45,630 bases of DNA from Theionarchaea archaeon (lineage in GTDB: Archaea; Methanobacteriota_B; Thermococci; Methanofastidiosales; SZ-28-30): assembly GCA_018992565.1 (NCBI GenBank), contig JACVGW010000014.1:1-45630 (forward strand), in the 5' to 3' direction. A program made the translations under genes and the position numbers. Position 1 is the stretch's first letter; the number at the start of each line of letters is the position of its first letter. Shown piece by piece: positions 18,673 through 31,007 of this stretch. The notes under the pieces are model-generated. The model saw nothing but the letters and a program-made list of their open reading frames with translations. It did not search any database and was not told the DNA's origin.

Positions 18673-19205
18673 GTGTTATGTTCTGCATGTACTGCGGAAA
18701 TTATCTCCTGCGAGAGTGGCAGTACTGCCCATACTGTGGCAGGAAAATCTCAGGTGAATCAGAGCTGGTTGATGCTTTGTTCAGGAGTGGGATCAGCGGA
18801 ATCAGCGTTCATATTGTATCTGGTAGGTTTAGAAGCCAGAAGACACGTGATCGTGTAGAACGACATAGAATCCCTGTTGAGGAGTATCCGGACAACAAGG
18901 AGGAGTGTATCTTGCGGACTGAGGATAGAAAGAATGAATGCGAGATGGCTGGATCCCCTCGAGTGCGCCGGAGAGTTGTAGAACCCGAAGGCATGATTGA
19001 GAGGGTTGGACGGCGCTGGGTTATCAGGGTTCGGCTGCCTGGAGCCAGATTGGAACAGATTGATGTGAGACAGCTGGAGACATCAATAGAAGTGAAGGCA
19101 TACAAAGGAGATGAAGCATATTTCAAGCAATTTGAGGTGCCAGAATCAGCACATATCATCTCAAAGTACATGGAAGGAAATGAACTCATTGTTGAAATAG
19201 GGTGA
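18669..19205 (+). CDS. Zn-ribbon plus Hsp20/alpha-crystallin-like protein
   Basis: N-terminal CMYCG...CPYCG. C-terminal EPEG..IRVRLPG...IDVRQLETSIEVKA...YFKQFEVP...GNELIVEI. ATGA overlap with the regulator. Confidence 0.75.
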   Translation: MSVMFCMYCGNYLLREWQYCPYCGRKISGESELVDALFRSGISGISVHIVSGRFRSQKTRDRVERHRIPVEEYPDNKEECILRTEDRKNECEMAGSPRVRRRVVEPEGMIERVGRRWVIRVRLPGARLEQIDVRQLETSIEVKAYKGDEAYFKQFEVPESAHIISKYMEGNELIVEIG

Positions 19206-19209
19206 CATC

Positions 19210-19785
19210 ATGGATAGGAAAGAGCGTGGTAAAGCGAAGCCTGCAGAGAGTGAGCCCCGGGATGACAAGGCAGCCAGAAATGCTTCCGAGCCTGCTGGTA
19301 CATTAGCTGGGCACCAGGAAGAGATCAATGCCCTATGTCAGGAAATTGAGGAACGAGATCGCAGGCTTGAAGAATATCTCTCCGCTCTCCAGAGATTGCA
19401 GGCTGAATTCGAAAATTACAAAAAGAGGGCGGGACGAGAACGAGCTGAATATATTGAACAGGCAAATGCAGTTCTACTTGAAAAATTACTTCCCGTTCTG
19501 GATAATTTTGAGCGAGCGTTGAATTCAGAGAGCTCTGACTGTAATTCACTCAGAAAGGGAGTGGAAATGATCTTTTCACAGTTCAAGAAGGTTCTTGAAG
19601 GCGCAGGGCTCTCTTCTATCGATGCTCTGGGAGAGGAATTTGATCCGTACTATCATGAGGCCGTCTTGGTAGCATGCGGCGATTATGAAGATGACACTGT
19701 TATTGAAGTGCTGGAGAAAGGATACCTGTTCAAGAATCGTTGTCTCCGGCCTTCAAAAGTCAAGGTGGGAAAGAGAGGTGATTAA
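19210..19785 (+). CDS. grpE: Nucleotide exchange factor GrpE
   Basis: RLQAEFENYKKR, LLPVLDNFERAL, FDPYYHEAV, GYLFKNRCLRPSKVKV. Confidence 0.96.
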   Translation: MDRKERGKAKPAESEPRDDKAARNASEPAGTLAGHQEEINALCQEIEERDRRLEEYLSALQRLQAEFENYKKRAGRERAEYIEQANAVLLEKLLPVLDNFERALNSESSDCNSLRKGVEMIFSQFKKVLEGAGLSSIDALGEEFDPYYHEAVLVACGDYEDDTVIEVLEKGYLFKNRCLRPSKVKVGKRGD

Positions 19786-22817
<3,032 letters not shown>

Positions 22818-22909
22818 GATTGTCAATCACTCTTGGAGACTGGTGTAGCCTCATTACTTTTCCAGTGCTCTCGGACAAGCCACTTATATGGAGCAACGTA
22901 GGCTTTCTC

Positions 22910-23143
22910 ATGCACTATGAACTAGTAGCTCAATGTAATACAGCAGATAGATGCCAGGTAATTCAGAAAATCGAGATGACTGGAGGAAGAATCAAGGATA
23001 TTCTGGAAGATGACAGTGGACTGCTGCTCTTCATTGAATACGATGAGGCACTGATTTCACGCAAGGGACATCTGCTGGAGATTGTGAGCGATATCATTAC
23101 ACACATTGGAGATGCGGTTGCATTCCCTATTCCCTCAGCATAA
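22910..23143 (+). CDS. Small hypothetical protein (77 aa)
   Basis: ATG about 20 bp after CTTATAT. Alternating beta/alpha pattern (ACT/ferredoxin-like fold is a guess). Fills the gap. Confidence 0.55.
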   Translation: MHYELVAQCNTADRCQVIQKIEMTGGRIKDILEDDSGLLLFIEYDEALISRKGHLLEIVSDIITHIGDAVAFPIPSA

Positions 23144-23175
23144 ACCCTTATATTGTTCCTCGATTCTCTCTTTTC

Positions 23176-23916
23176 ATGCTCTACTTAATTGGCCTGGGTT
23201 TGAATGGTGACCTTACACGAGAAGGGATTGCAGCAGCGCAGAGATGCTCCCTTTATTGCGAGAAATATACCAGCCTTCTCAGGCGCTCTTTGAGAGATAT
23301 TGAAAAGGCTGTGCAGAAACCCATAACTCTTTTGTCCAGGGAAGACATAGAAGAGACTGAGACGTTGCTGGAAGAGGCCATGACAAGCGATGTAGCACTC
23401 CTGGTAGTGGGGGACCCTCTGGTGGCCACAACTCATTCTGAGATTATTATTGAAGCGCGAAAACGGAATATCGTCACGAGAATAATCCACAATTCCTCTG
23501 TTTACTCTGCAATAGGCGAAACAGGACTTCAGATTTATAAGTTTGGCAAAACTGCAACTATTCCCTTCCCGCAAGAAGGGTTTGCCCCCACCAGTTTTTA
23601 TGAGATTATTGAAAAGAACAGGAGTATAGGAGCACACACTCTCGTCCTTCTGGATATTCAAGAAGACCAGAAAAGGTACATGAATCCTTCTGAAGCAATG
23701 AAGGTTCTGGACCACTTGGGGTTTACTGATGATCTCCTATGTGTATCTCGTCTGGGATATGAGGATCAGAATATTGCGTATGGGAATATTTCAACACTTC
23801 TTTCTCTTGGAGAAGACTGCTGGGGATCGCCCCCGCATTGTCTGGTCATTCCTTCTTCCCTCCATTTCAAGGAGGAGGAATTCCTGGAAGCTTTTGCAGT
23901 AGAGGTGAGCGGATGA
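23176..23916 (+). CDS. dph5: Diphthine synthase
   Basis: MLYLIGLGL, EKYTS, LLVVGDPLVATTH, GLQIYKFGKTATIPF, HTLVLLD, PPHCLVIP. Confidence 0.95.
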   Translation: MLYLIGLGLNGDLTREGIAAAQRCSLYCEKYTSLLRRSLRDIEKAVQKPITLLSREDIEETETLLEEAMTSDVALLVVGDPLVATTHSEIIIEARKRNIVTRIIHNSSVYSAIGETGLQIYKFGKTATIPFPQEGFAPTSFYEIIEKNRSIGAHTLVLLDIQEDQKRYMNPSEAMKVLDHLGFTDDLLCVSRLGYEDQNIAYGNISTLLSLGEDCWGSPPHCLVIPSSLHFKEEEFLEAFAVEVSG

Positions 23917-24206
23917 GAGAAGTAACGGAAGAGAAAATAACAAAATACATCAGTATTACAGAGAAAGCTCTGTCTGTGCTAAAGATACTGCCTCCAGAAG
24001 GCTCCACTCTCCAGAAAACCGCCGAAGATCTCTTGATGATGGCGACCTCCTATTTCAATGATGCTCGTTATTACAAAGAAAAAGAAGATTATGTAACCGC
24101 ATTTGCATGCGTCAATTACGCTCATGGGTACATCGATGCGGGAGTCAGAATGGGGTTATTTCTGGGAGATGGCAGCGGGCTCTTTGCATTTGATCCCACG
24201 GGGTGA
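23913..24206 (+). CDS. DUF357 family protein
   Basis: MATSYFNDARYY...AFACVNYAHGYIDAGVRMGL pattern. ATGA overlap with dph5. Confidence 0.85.
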   Translation: MREVTEEKITKYISITEKALSVLKILPPEGSTLQKTAEDLLMMATSYFNDARYYKEKEDYVTAFACVNYAHGYIDAGVRMGLFLGDGSGLFAFDPTG

Positions 24207-24208
24207 CC

Positions 24209-24238
24209 GATTTCACTAAAGGTTGTAGTGACAAATCC
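24209..24238. terminator. Hairpin between convergent DUF357 and hypF genes
   Basis: TCACTA-aaggttg-TAGTGA inverted repeat extended by GATT/AATC. Confidence 0.35.
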
Positions 24239-24258
24239 CAATAGATTATTACACGCCA

Positions 24259-26388
24259 TTATACATCATCGTCGACTGAAGCAACCTGCCCAAAACTGGT
24301 TCCACCATCTCCAGGTGGCACCTTGCAATGTGTGTAGAATTTGATTCCTCTGCGGTGCATTTCCTTTCTCAGCACATTGGTGATAATCTCATTATAGGCC
24401 ACTCCTCCGGAGAATCCCACTGGCACATGCAGATCCTCACAGTTAGAGACAGCCTCACTGTATGCCCTGCCCAGAGCAGCATGAGCAGTCCTGGCAACAT
24501 CTTTTGCTGGTGCATCAACCTCAGAAATCCTCTTCATGAAGTCCCTTACCATAATCACATCTCCTTCTACTTCCATTTCCAGGCCAAGATCACATCCATT
24601 CATGGCCAGAGATTCAGCTTTCATGGCGGGCTCTCCCTCATACGTTCTCTCGAAACAGATACCAGTCAAAGCAGCTATACTGTCCAGAAACCTCCCTGTT
24701 GAAGAGGTGAAGACGTTCTCCTTTTTCAATAACGACAGCAACACTTTCTGTTCTTCTTGTGAATACCGGTAGCCGGGTACCTCATGTTCCAAATAGCTGA
24801 GCAGCATCCTTTCCGGGTATTTCGTGGCCAGATCTCCTCCAGGCATGGGTACATATTCCAGGTGGCCAACTCTCTCTGATCCAGAGAGGATTTCACCTCC
24901 CCACACATTCCCGTCAAGCCCATATCCAGCACCATCTGCTGCTATGACTGCCATTTCCTGGTCATGTTCAGCCATCAATCCACGTGCATGTGCAAAATGG
25001 TGCTGCACTTTCCTCAAGGGAATCCCGTAAGCCCGGGAGAATTCCTCCGCTTGTTTCCCTGTGGTATACTGGGGATGCAGATCGCACATGATGAGCTCAA
25101 CAGCAGACCAGTCAACCCCCAGTAGTCTCATCAAATGGGAGATAGCTTCCTTTTGAAATAATAACGTATCGTAGTGCGAAGTATCCCCTATATGCTGGGA
25201 CAGGAAGGCTTTTCCTCCCTTGGTTATGCAGACAGTGTTGTTCAACTCCCCTCCCACACCCAGAACAACTCTCTGGTGTCTCACAGGAATCCCCCTGGGT
25301 ACAAACCCCCGGGACCTTCTAATAAACAGCCCATTCCTTATAACAGAATCATCGCACCTGTTTACAATCTTCAAGTTATGAGCAAGAAATGCATCTGCGA
25401 AGGGCAGTTCTCGTTGTGCAGTGGCATTATCAGTTATCATGGGATTTCCTGGAAAGTTGGCCGAGGTCATAACAAATACATCACTGCTACTGAAGTGAAA
25501 CAGTATGTGGTGAACGGGTGCATAGGGTAGCATGATTCCGATAGTGTGGAGCCCTGGAGCCACAGCGTCCAATGGAATCCTCTTGGGCATGACTATGATG
25601 GGGCGCATCCAGGATTCCAGGAGTTCTTCCTCCCCACGGAGGTGAGCCAGGCTCCCCGCGGTTTCTGTATTCCGGGCCATCAATGCAAAGGGCTGTTGCG
25701 GGCGATTGAGCGCCTTTCTCAAGGTTGTGACTACGTCGTCGTCTATTCTGCATGCAATATGATATCCGCCCAACCCTTTTACTGCCACAATTCTGCCCTC
25801 GTCCAGAAGGTGTGCTGCCTCTTCTATGGACATAGAGAACTTAGGACCCTCTTGTGGGCAGCACACTGGTTCTGCATGGTACCGCCTGTTGGTAATGGTG
25901 CTGTACTGGTTCTGGCAGAATTCACACATGGGAAAGGCCTTCATAGAAGTCTTTTCTCGATCATATGGAATTTCTTCAATAATAGTAAATCGTGGACCAC
26001 AGTTTGTGCAATTAATGAAGGGGTACAAATATCTTCTGTCTGAAGAGGAGAAGAGCTCTTCCAGACAATCATCACATGTTGCAATATCCGGAGGGATTAT
26101 GGATTCACCACCCCTCCTTTTCTGGCTTTTCATGACTTCAAACGTCTTGAAATTCTGATCAGGAAGCATTTCCTCGTCAATTCTGTCGATTTCCGATATG
26201 GGTGGAGCTTTGTTCTGTAAATCCTTCAGGAACCGCTCAATATTCTCTGCTGATCCTTCCACGGAGATTTCGACATGGTCTCCCACGTTAGCAATATACC
26301 CTGTGAGGTTGTTGTCAACTGCAATGCGGTGAACAAAGGGACGGAATCCTACAGCCTGGACGATACCATGCACCTGAAGTTTGAGCAT
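24259..26388 (-). CDS. hypF: [NiFe]-hydrogenase maturation carbamoyltransferase HypF
   Basis: Acylphosphatase VQAVGFRPFV, Zn fingers, CGPRFTII, KGLGGYH, SQHIGD, QHHFAH, PPGDGGTSFGQ. Confidence 0.96.
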   Translation of the reverse strand: MLKLQVHGIVQAVGFRPFVHRIAVDNNLTGYIANVGDHVEISVEGSAENIERFLKDLQNKAPPISEIDRIDEEMLPDQNFKTFEVMKSQKRRGGESIIPPDIATCDDCLEELFSSSDRRYLYPFINCTNCGPRFTIIEEIPYDREKTSMKAFPMCEFCQNQYSTITNRRYHAEPVCCPQEGPKFSMSIEEAAHLLDEGRIVAVKGLGGYHIACRIDDDVVTTLRKALNRPQQPFALMARNTETAGSLAHLRGEEELLESWMRPIIVMPKRIPLDAVAPGLHTIGIMLPYAPVHHILFHFSSSDVFVMTSANFPGNPMITDNATAQRELPFADAFLAHNLKIVNRCDDSVIRNGLFIRRSRGFVPRGIPVRHQRVVLGVGGELNNTVCITKGGKAFLSQHIGDTSHYDTLLFQKEAISHLMRLLGVDWSAVELIMCDLHPQYTTGKQAEEFSRAYGIPLRKVQHHFAHARGLMAEHDQEMAVIAADGAGYGLDGNVWGGEILSGSERVGHLEYVPMPGGDLATKYPERMLLSYLEHEVPGYRYSQEEQKVLLSLLKKENVFTSSTGRFLDSIAALTGICFERTYEGEPAMKAESLAMNGCDLGLEMEVEGDVIMVRDFMKRISEVDAPAKDVARTAHAALGRAYSEAVSNCEDLHVPVGFSGGVAYNEIITNVLRKEMHRRGIKFYTHCKVPPGDGGTSFGQVASVDDDV

Positions 26389-26432
26389 GATTTGAGGAGT
26401 TGCTCTCTTTTAAATTACTTTTGGTTGATCGT

Positions 26433-26578
26433 GGGTAGAGATCTGACGGACTCTGCGGCTGCCTCACTTGAGGGAAGCTGAGTCCTGATGAAGGCCAAAT
26501 ACTCACTATTCATACAGTGACCTCTACCTGTCAAAGTGATACCGTTCAACTGTGGTAGCTCGTAGAAACAGGACTCAG
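26433..26578 (-). ncRNA. Candidate structured RNA of unknown class (hypF leader or independent sRNA)
   Basis: Nested helices GGTAGAGGTC/GATCTCTACC, CACTG/TAGTG, GGACTC/GAGTCC, CCTC/GAGG, possible pseudoknot, alternative 10-bp helix. G-U pairs favour the minus strand. Confidence 0.5.
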
Positions 26579-26656
26579 GATATTTATCCCTTTTCTGCAG
26601 GTTCGAGAAAAAAACTCTCTGGTAATCCTTTAAAAGCACAGTATCTACTTGGGCGT

Positions 26657-27373
26657 ATGAACCCTGTTCATCTCCTTTGTGATCCCGAAAAGGTTGCCAG
26701 GACCGTGCTTCTCCCTGGAGATCCGAAAAGAGCTGAATGGATAGCAGATTTCTTTGACAATGCAGAAAAAGTTGCACATAACCGAGAGTTTCTCATATTC
26801 ACTGGGACATACAAGGATGTTCCTGTCTCTGTGTGCTCCACAGGAATTGGTTCTCCCTCAGCAGTTATAGCCCTGGAAGAACTCATCATGTGTGGTGCGA
26901 ATACTTTCATTAGGGTGGGGACCTGTGGTGGTCTCCAGGAAGACATCGAGATCGGGGATTTGGTTATACCCCTGGCCAGCTGCAGGGGGGAGGGAACATC
27001 CTCACGGTATGCTCCTCTTGAATTCCCTGCAGTTGCTCACCCTGATGTAGTTGCCAGTCTGAAGAAGGCAGCACCCCAGGCACATGTGGGCGTTATTTGG
27101 ACTGACGATTCCTTCTATTGTTCTCGTGCGCAGCACTGGCACTCCCTGGGGATCTTGGCAGTGGAAATGGAATGTGCATCACTGTTCGTTGTATCTATGC
27201 AGAAAAAGGTGCGGACAGGAGCACTGCTGGCGGTGGACGGGAATATTATTTTAGGAACTTGCAAGAGCCACAGAAGAGTCACTCACACTGAATTGCCTCA
27301 AGAAACAACGGCGGGGATTGAAAAAGAGATCAAGGCAGCCCTGGAAGCAGTGGTGTACGTGAGTCAGGAGTAG
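26657..27373 (+). CDS. Nucleoside phosphorylase (uridine/purine PNP_UDP family)
   Basis: LLPGDPKRA, NREF, STGIGSPS, IRVGTCG, VEMECA. ATG about 22 bp after TTTAAAAG. Confidence 0.92.
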   Translation: MNPVHLLCDPEKVARTVLLPGDPKRAEWIADFFDNAEKVAHNREFLIFTGTYKDVPVSVCSTGIGSPSAVIALEELIMCGANTFIRVGTCGGLQEDIEIGDLVIPLASCRGEGTSSRYAPLEFPAVAHPDVVASLKKAAPQAHVGVIWTDDSFYCSRAQHWHSLGILAVEMECASLFVVSMQKKVRTGALLAVDGNIILGTCKSHRRVTHTELPQETTAGIEKEIKAALEAVVYVSQE

Positions 27374-27592
27374 CCATCATGTTACAGGGGGTTACCTACA
27401 CTGTAATATGCGGTTTCATGATCCCACTCTTCCCATACTGAAAAAAAAAGTTTGCTCTTAACGTGCGATTCGGCGAACAGAACACATATATTTACATAGG
27501 TCAAATTGATTAAAGTAAACTTGTCATAGGTAAAATTTGGGAATCATCCAGCATCAATTACCTCTTTACACAGACTCCACGCCTTTTCCAGC

Positions 27593-27606
27593 GAAACGCT
27601 TATAAA
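27593..27606 (+). promoter_or_regulatory. BRE-TATA promoter of the ATP synthase operon
   Basis: GAAACGCTTATAAA about 25 bp upstream of the first gene. Confidence 0.65.
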
Positions 27607-27630
27607 TGAATTGTCCATTACCATTTCAAG

Positions 27631-27963
27631 GTGACAGACGTGACATTGGAAGTACTCAGAGAAATCAGAGAAACAGAGGAAAAAGCTGAGAATATCATAG
27701 AAAAGGCTCGGATTGAGGCACAGAATATAATTGATGATGCCAGACAGGAAGCGGATGAATTATTTCGAAAAGAACAGGATGAGGCTCAAAAAAGTGGAGA
27801 GAGAAGAAGGAAAGAGATCATAGAGGACGCCAAAAAAGAAGCAGAAGGAATTAAACAGGATGCAGAAAGGCGGATTCAGGAAATCGCCATCATTCCAGAA
27901 AAAAAGATCAATGAAGCAGTGACAGCAATTGTCAGTAGAGTGAGAAAAGATGCCAATACCTAA
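27631..27963 (+). CDS. atpH: A1Ao/V-type ATP synthase subunit H (G-like stalk)
   Basis: Charged coiled coil (EIRETEEKAENIIEKA...). First gene of the operon. GTG start uncertain. Confidence 0.85.
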   Translation: MTDVTLEVLREIRETEEKAENIIEKARIEAQNIIDDARQEADELFRKEQDEAQKSGERRRKEIIEDAKKEAEGIKQDAERRIQEIAIIPEKKINEAVTAIVSRVRKDANT

Positions 27964-29926
27964 GATGCAGAAGGTGCACATAGTTGCCCATGCCGACCAC
28001 AAAGATGCAATCATAGAAAAGCTTCATGATGCAGGTCTCGTTGAGGTGGAAACCTTCACAGAGATACTTGAGGGTCTGCATACAGAAGATGTAGATGCAG
28101 GTGACCTCGAACGTAAGTTGGCAGATTTGAGCTATGGGATAGACTTCCTTTACACGTTCAGTGTGAAGCCTAACCTTTTGGAGAGCTTTTTTCTACCCCG
28201 CTACAAGATAGAAAAGAAGCATTATGAGGCTGTTGTTAATGAATTCGACTTTTCCATAATAGAGGAAATGAAGAACCTCGACCAGACTCTTTCTGAACTG
28301 AAAAATGAAGAGACCAGGCTCAAATCCATCATCGAACAGCTGCAGCCGTGGGAAACCCTCACTATTGCTGTGCGGGACTTTGAGACTGAGAGGACGGTTA
28401 CTGAGGTAGGGATTATCTCCACGGAGGCTGTGAGTGAAATCTTAAAGCTGGAGTACGTTCACGTTGAGATTCCATTCTCTACTGAGCGGAAGACGTGGAT
28501 GTCTGTCACGTATTTGAAAGACTACAGAGATGAGCTGGAAGAAATCTTCAGGAAGCTGGACTTCCAGAAAGTGTCACTCCCCGGAGGAAGCGAAGGAACG
28601 CCAGCAGAGACTATTGAAGAAGCGGGACATCAGATTCAGATGTTACAGAAGGAGAGGGAGAAGGTCAGAGAACGCTGTATGGTGCTTGCTGAGAGACGAA
28701 TGCATTTGATGATTGTGTATGATCACTACCTGGATATTAAGAAAAGGCATGATGTGCGCAAGGATTTTGCCAATACAGAGAAATCTTTCATCCTGCAGGG
28801 ATGGATTAGAAAAGAGGATCTTCCCGTACTGAGAAAGGAACTCTCTTTTGCAGATGAAGTAGATATTTCTAGTTACGAGCCATCTGACATAGATGATGTT
28901 CCTGTCGGGATTGAAAACAGGAGAGCGTTCAAGCCTTTTGAAGTCATCACCCGAATCTACGGGCTCCCCCTGTATAAGGAAATTGATCCCACTTTACTGC
29001 TTGCTCCCTTCTTTATTGTGTTCTTTGGATTGTGCCTCTCTGATTTTCTATATGGGGCAGCTCTCATTCTGCTTTCTGTGTTTGCCTTGAAGAAGATTAA
29101 GGTTGGACCTGATGCTGTGCTCCTGTTTAAGGTTTTGATTATGGGAGGAGTGGTCACCATGGTACTGGGCATCCTAACAGGTGGATGGGCAGGAGACCTT
29201 ACTCTATATTTGCCCGAGCAGCTTTCATTTCTGGAAAATGTCAGGCAGTCTCTCACCGTTATTAACCTGCTGGAAAATCCCATCCTCATGCTTGAGATAG
29301 CCCTGATCCTGGGATTGGTACAGGTGTGGGCAGGAATCTTAATTCGCGGATACATGAATGTGCGAGATGGTTACTACCTCGATGCCATCTTCGACCAGGG
29401 GTTGTGGCTGTTGCTGCTTCCTGCAGGTACGCTCGCCTTGATAAACAAGATGTTTGGTGTTGATGTGCCTGCAGCAGGTCTTATGCTCAATCTCTCGTTG
29501 GCTGCTCTAGTGGGGCTGGTCCTCACGCAGGGACGATATCAGAAAGCTTCCAACCCTGTTGTGGCCCTGGGAAAAAAGGCAATGGTGGGAGTGCTCAGCA
29601 TTTACAATATTTTCGGGTATCTTGGCGATGTGCTCAGCTATTCACGTATACTGGCCCTGGGGTTGGCTACAGCGGCCCTGGCTTCTGCTTTCAACATGGT
29701 GGCTGTTCAGGCTTCAGGAATAAAAATACTGGGGCCCATTATTATGGTGATGTTTCTCATTTTGCTTCACCTTTTGAATATTGTGATTTCTTCTCTGAGT
29801 GCGTTTGTGCACTCAGGAAGGCTGCAGTTTGTTGAGTATTTTACCAAGTTCCTGGAAGGAGGCGGACGCACATTCAAACCATTTGGATCTCATCCAAAAT
29901 ATATACAGATCAAAGAGGAGGACTAG
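27950..29926 (+). CDS. atpI: ATP synthase subunit I (a)
   Basis: PLYKEIDPT, FFGLCLSD, GDVLSYSRILALGLA, HSGRLQFVEYFTKF. Confidence 0.96.
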   Translation: MPIPKMQKVHIVAHADHKDAIIEKLHDAGLVEVETFTEILEGLHTEDVDAGDLERKLADLSYGIDFLYTFSVKPNLLESFFLPRYKIEKKHYEAVVNEFDFSIIEEMKNLDQTLSELKNEETRLKSIIEQLQPWETLTIAVRDFETERTVTEVGIISTEAVSEILKLEYVHVEIPFSTERKTWMSVTYLKDYRDELEEIFRKLDFQKVSLPGGSEGTPAETIEEAGHQIQMLQKEREKVRERCMVLAERRMHLMIVYDHYLDIKKRHDVRKDFANTEKSFILQGWIRKEDLPVLRKELSFADEVDISSYEPSDIDDVPVGIENRRAFKPFEVITRIYGLPLYKEIDPTLLLAPFFIVFFGLCLSDFLYGAALILLSVFALKKIKVGPDAVLLFKVLIMGGVVTMVLGILTGGWAGDLTLYLPEQLSFLENVRQSLTVINLLENPILMLEIALILGLVQVWAGILIRGYMNVRDGYYLDAIFDQGLWLLLLPAGTLALINKMFGVDVPAAGLMLNLSLAALVGLVLTQGRYQKASNPVVALGKKAMVGVLSIYNIFGYLGDVLSYSRILALGLATAALASAFNMVAVQASGIKILGPIIMVMFLILLHLLNIVISSLSAFVHSGRLQFVEYFTKFLEGGGRTFKPFGSHPKYIQIKEED

Positions 29927-30418
<492 letters not shown>

Positions 30419-30422
30419 TTCT

Positions 30423-31007
30423 ATGGGAGTGGAAGACATCAAGAGGAAGATCATTGCAGATGCAGAAAAAGAAAAAGAGAAAATTCTAGAGGAGGCCAGG
30501 GAAAAAGCAGCCCTCATCATAGACGAAAAGCGAAACTCTGCCCGGAGAAGAAAGGAAGAGATCCTTCTGAAAGCAGAAAGCGACGGTGAACTTGAGAAGA
30601 GCAGGATTCTGACTATTGAGAAGTTGGAATCCAGGAAGAATTTGCTAGCAGCAAAGCAGGGTGTCATACAGAACGTTTTCGACACTGCATTGAAGCAGCT
30701 GTCGACCTCAGATGAATATGAAGTCCTTCTGGCAGAACGCATTCAACACGTGGCTCAAGGAGGAGAAGAAATCATTCTCTCTCCCAGAGACAGAAAGCAA
30801 TTGAGTAAGAGCTTCTTTGAGAAGGTGAATGCAACTGTGAGTCAGCCTCTGACACTGTCCAGCGAAACCAGGAACATTGTTGGAGGGTTCATATTGAAGA
30901 GAGACGACATTGAGATTAACGAAAGCTTCGACATGCGGATGCAGGAACTTCGAGATGACATGGAACGTGACGTAGCACACATTCTTTTTTCAGGTGATAA
31001 CAGGTGA
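30423..31007 (+). CDS. atpE: ATP synthase subunit E
   Basis: N-terminal coiled coil, IVGGFIL...INESFD, operon position. Confidence 0.92.
   Translation: MGVEDIKRKIIADAEKEKEKILEEAREKAALIIDEKRNSARRRKEEILLKAESDGELEKSRILTIEKLESRKNLLAAKQGVIQNVFDTALKQLSTSDEYEVLLAERIQHVAQGGEEIILSPRDRKQLSKSFFEKVNATVSQPLTLSSETRNIVGGFILKRDDIEINESFDMRMQELRDDMERDVAHILFSGDNR

Noticed and set aside
26485..26569. Hammerhead ribozyme (CTGATGA ... GAAAC)
   Set aside because: No G-C-closed stem II and no stem III/UH cleavage site in the required geometry.
26433..26570. Lysine or purine riboswitch (GGTAGAGGT and GTTTCTAC on minus strand), or C/D sRNA (CTGA-gtcc-TGATGA on plus)
   Set aside because: Only isolated words match. 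The remaining conserved cores, kissing loops or outer C and D boxes are absent.
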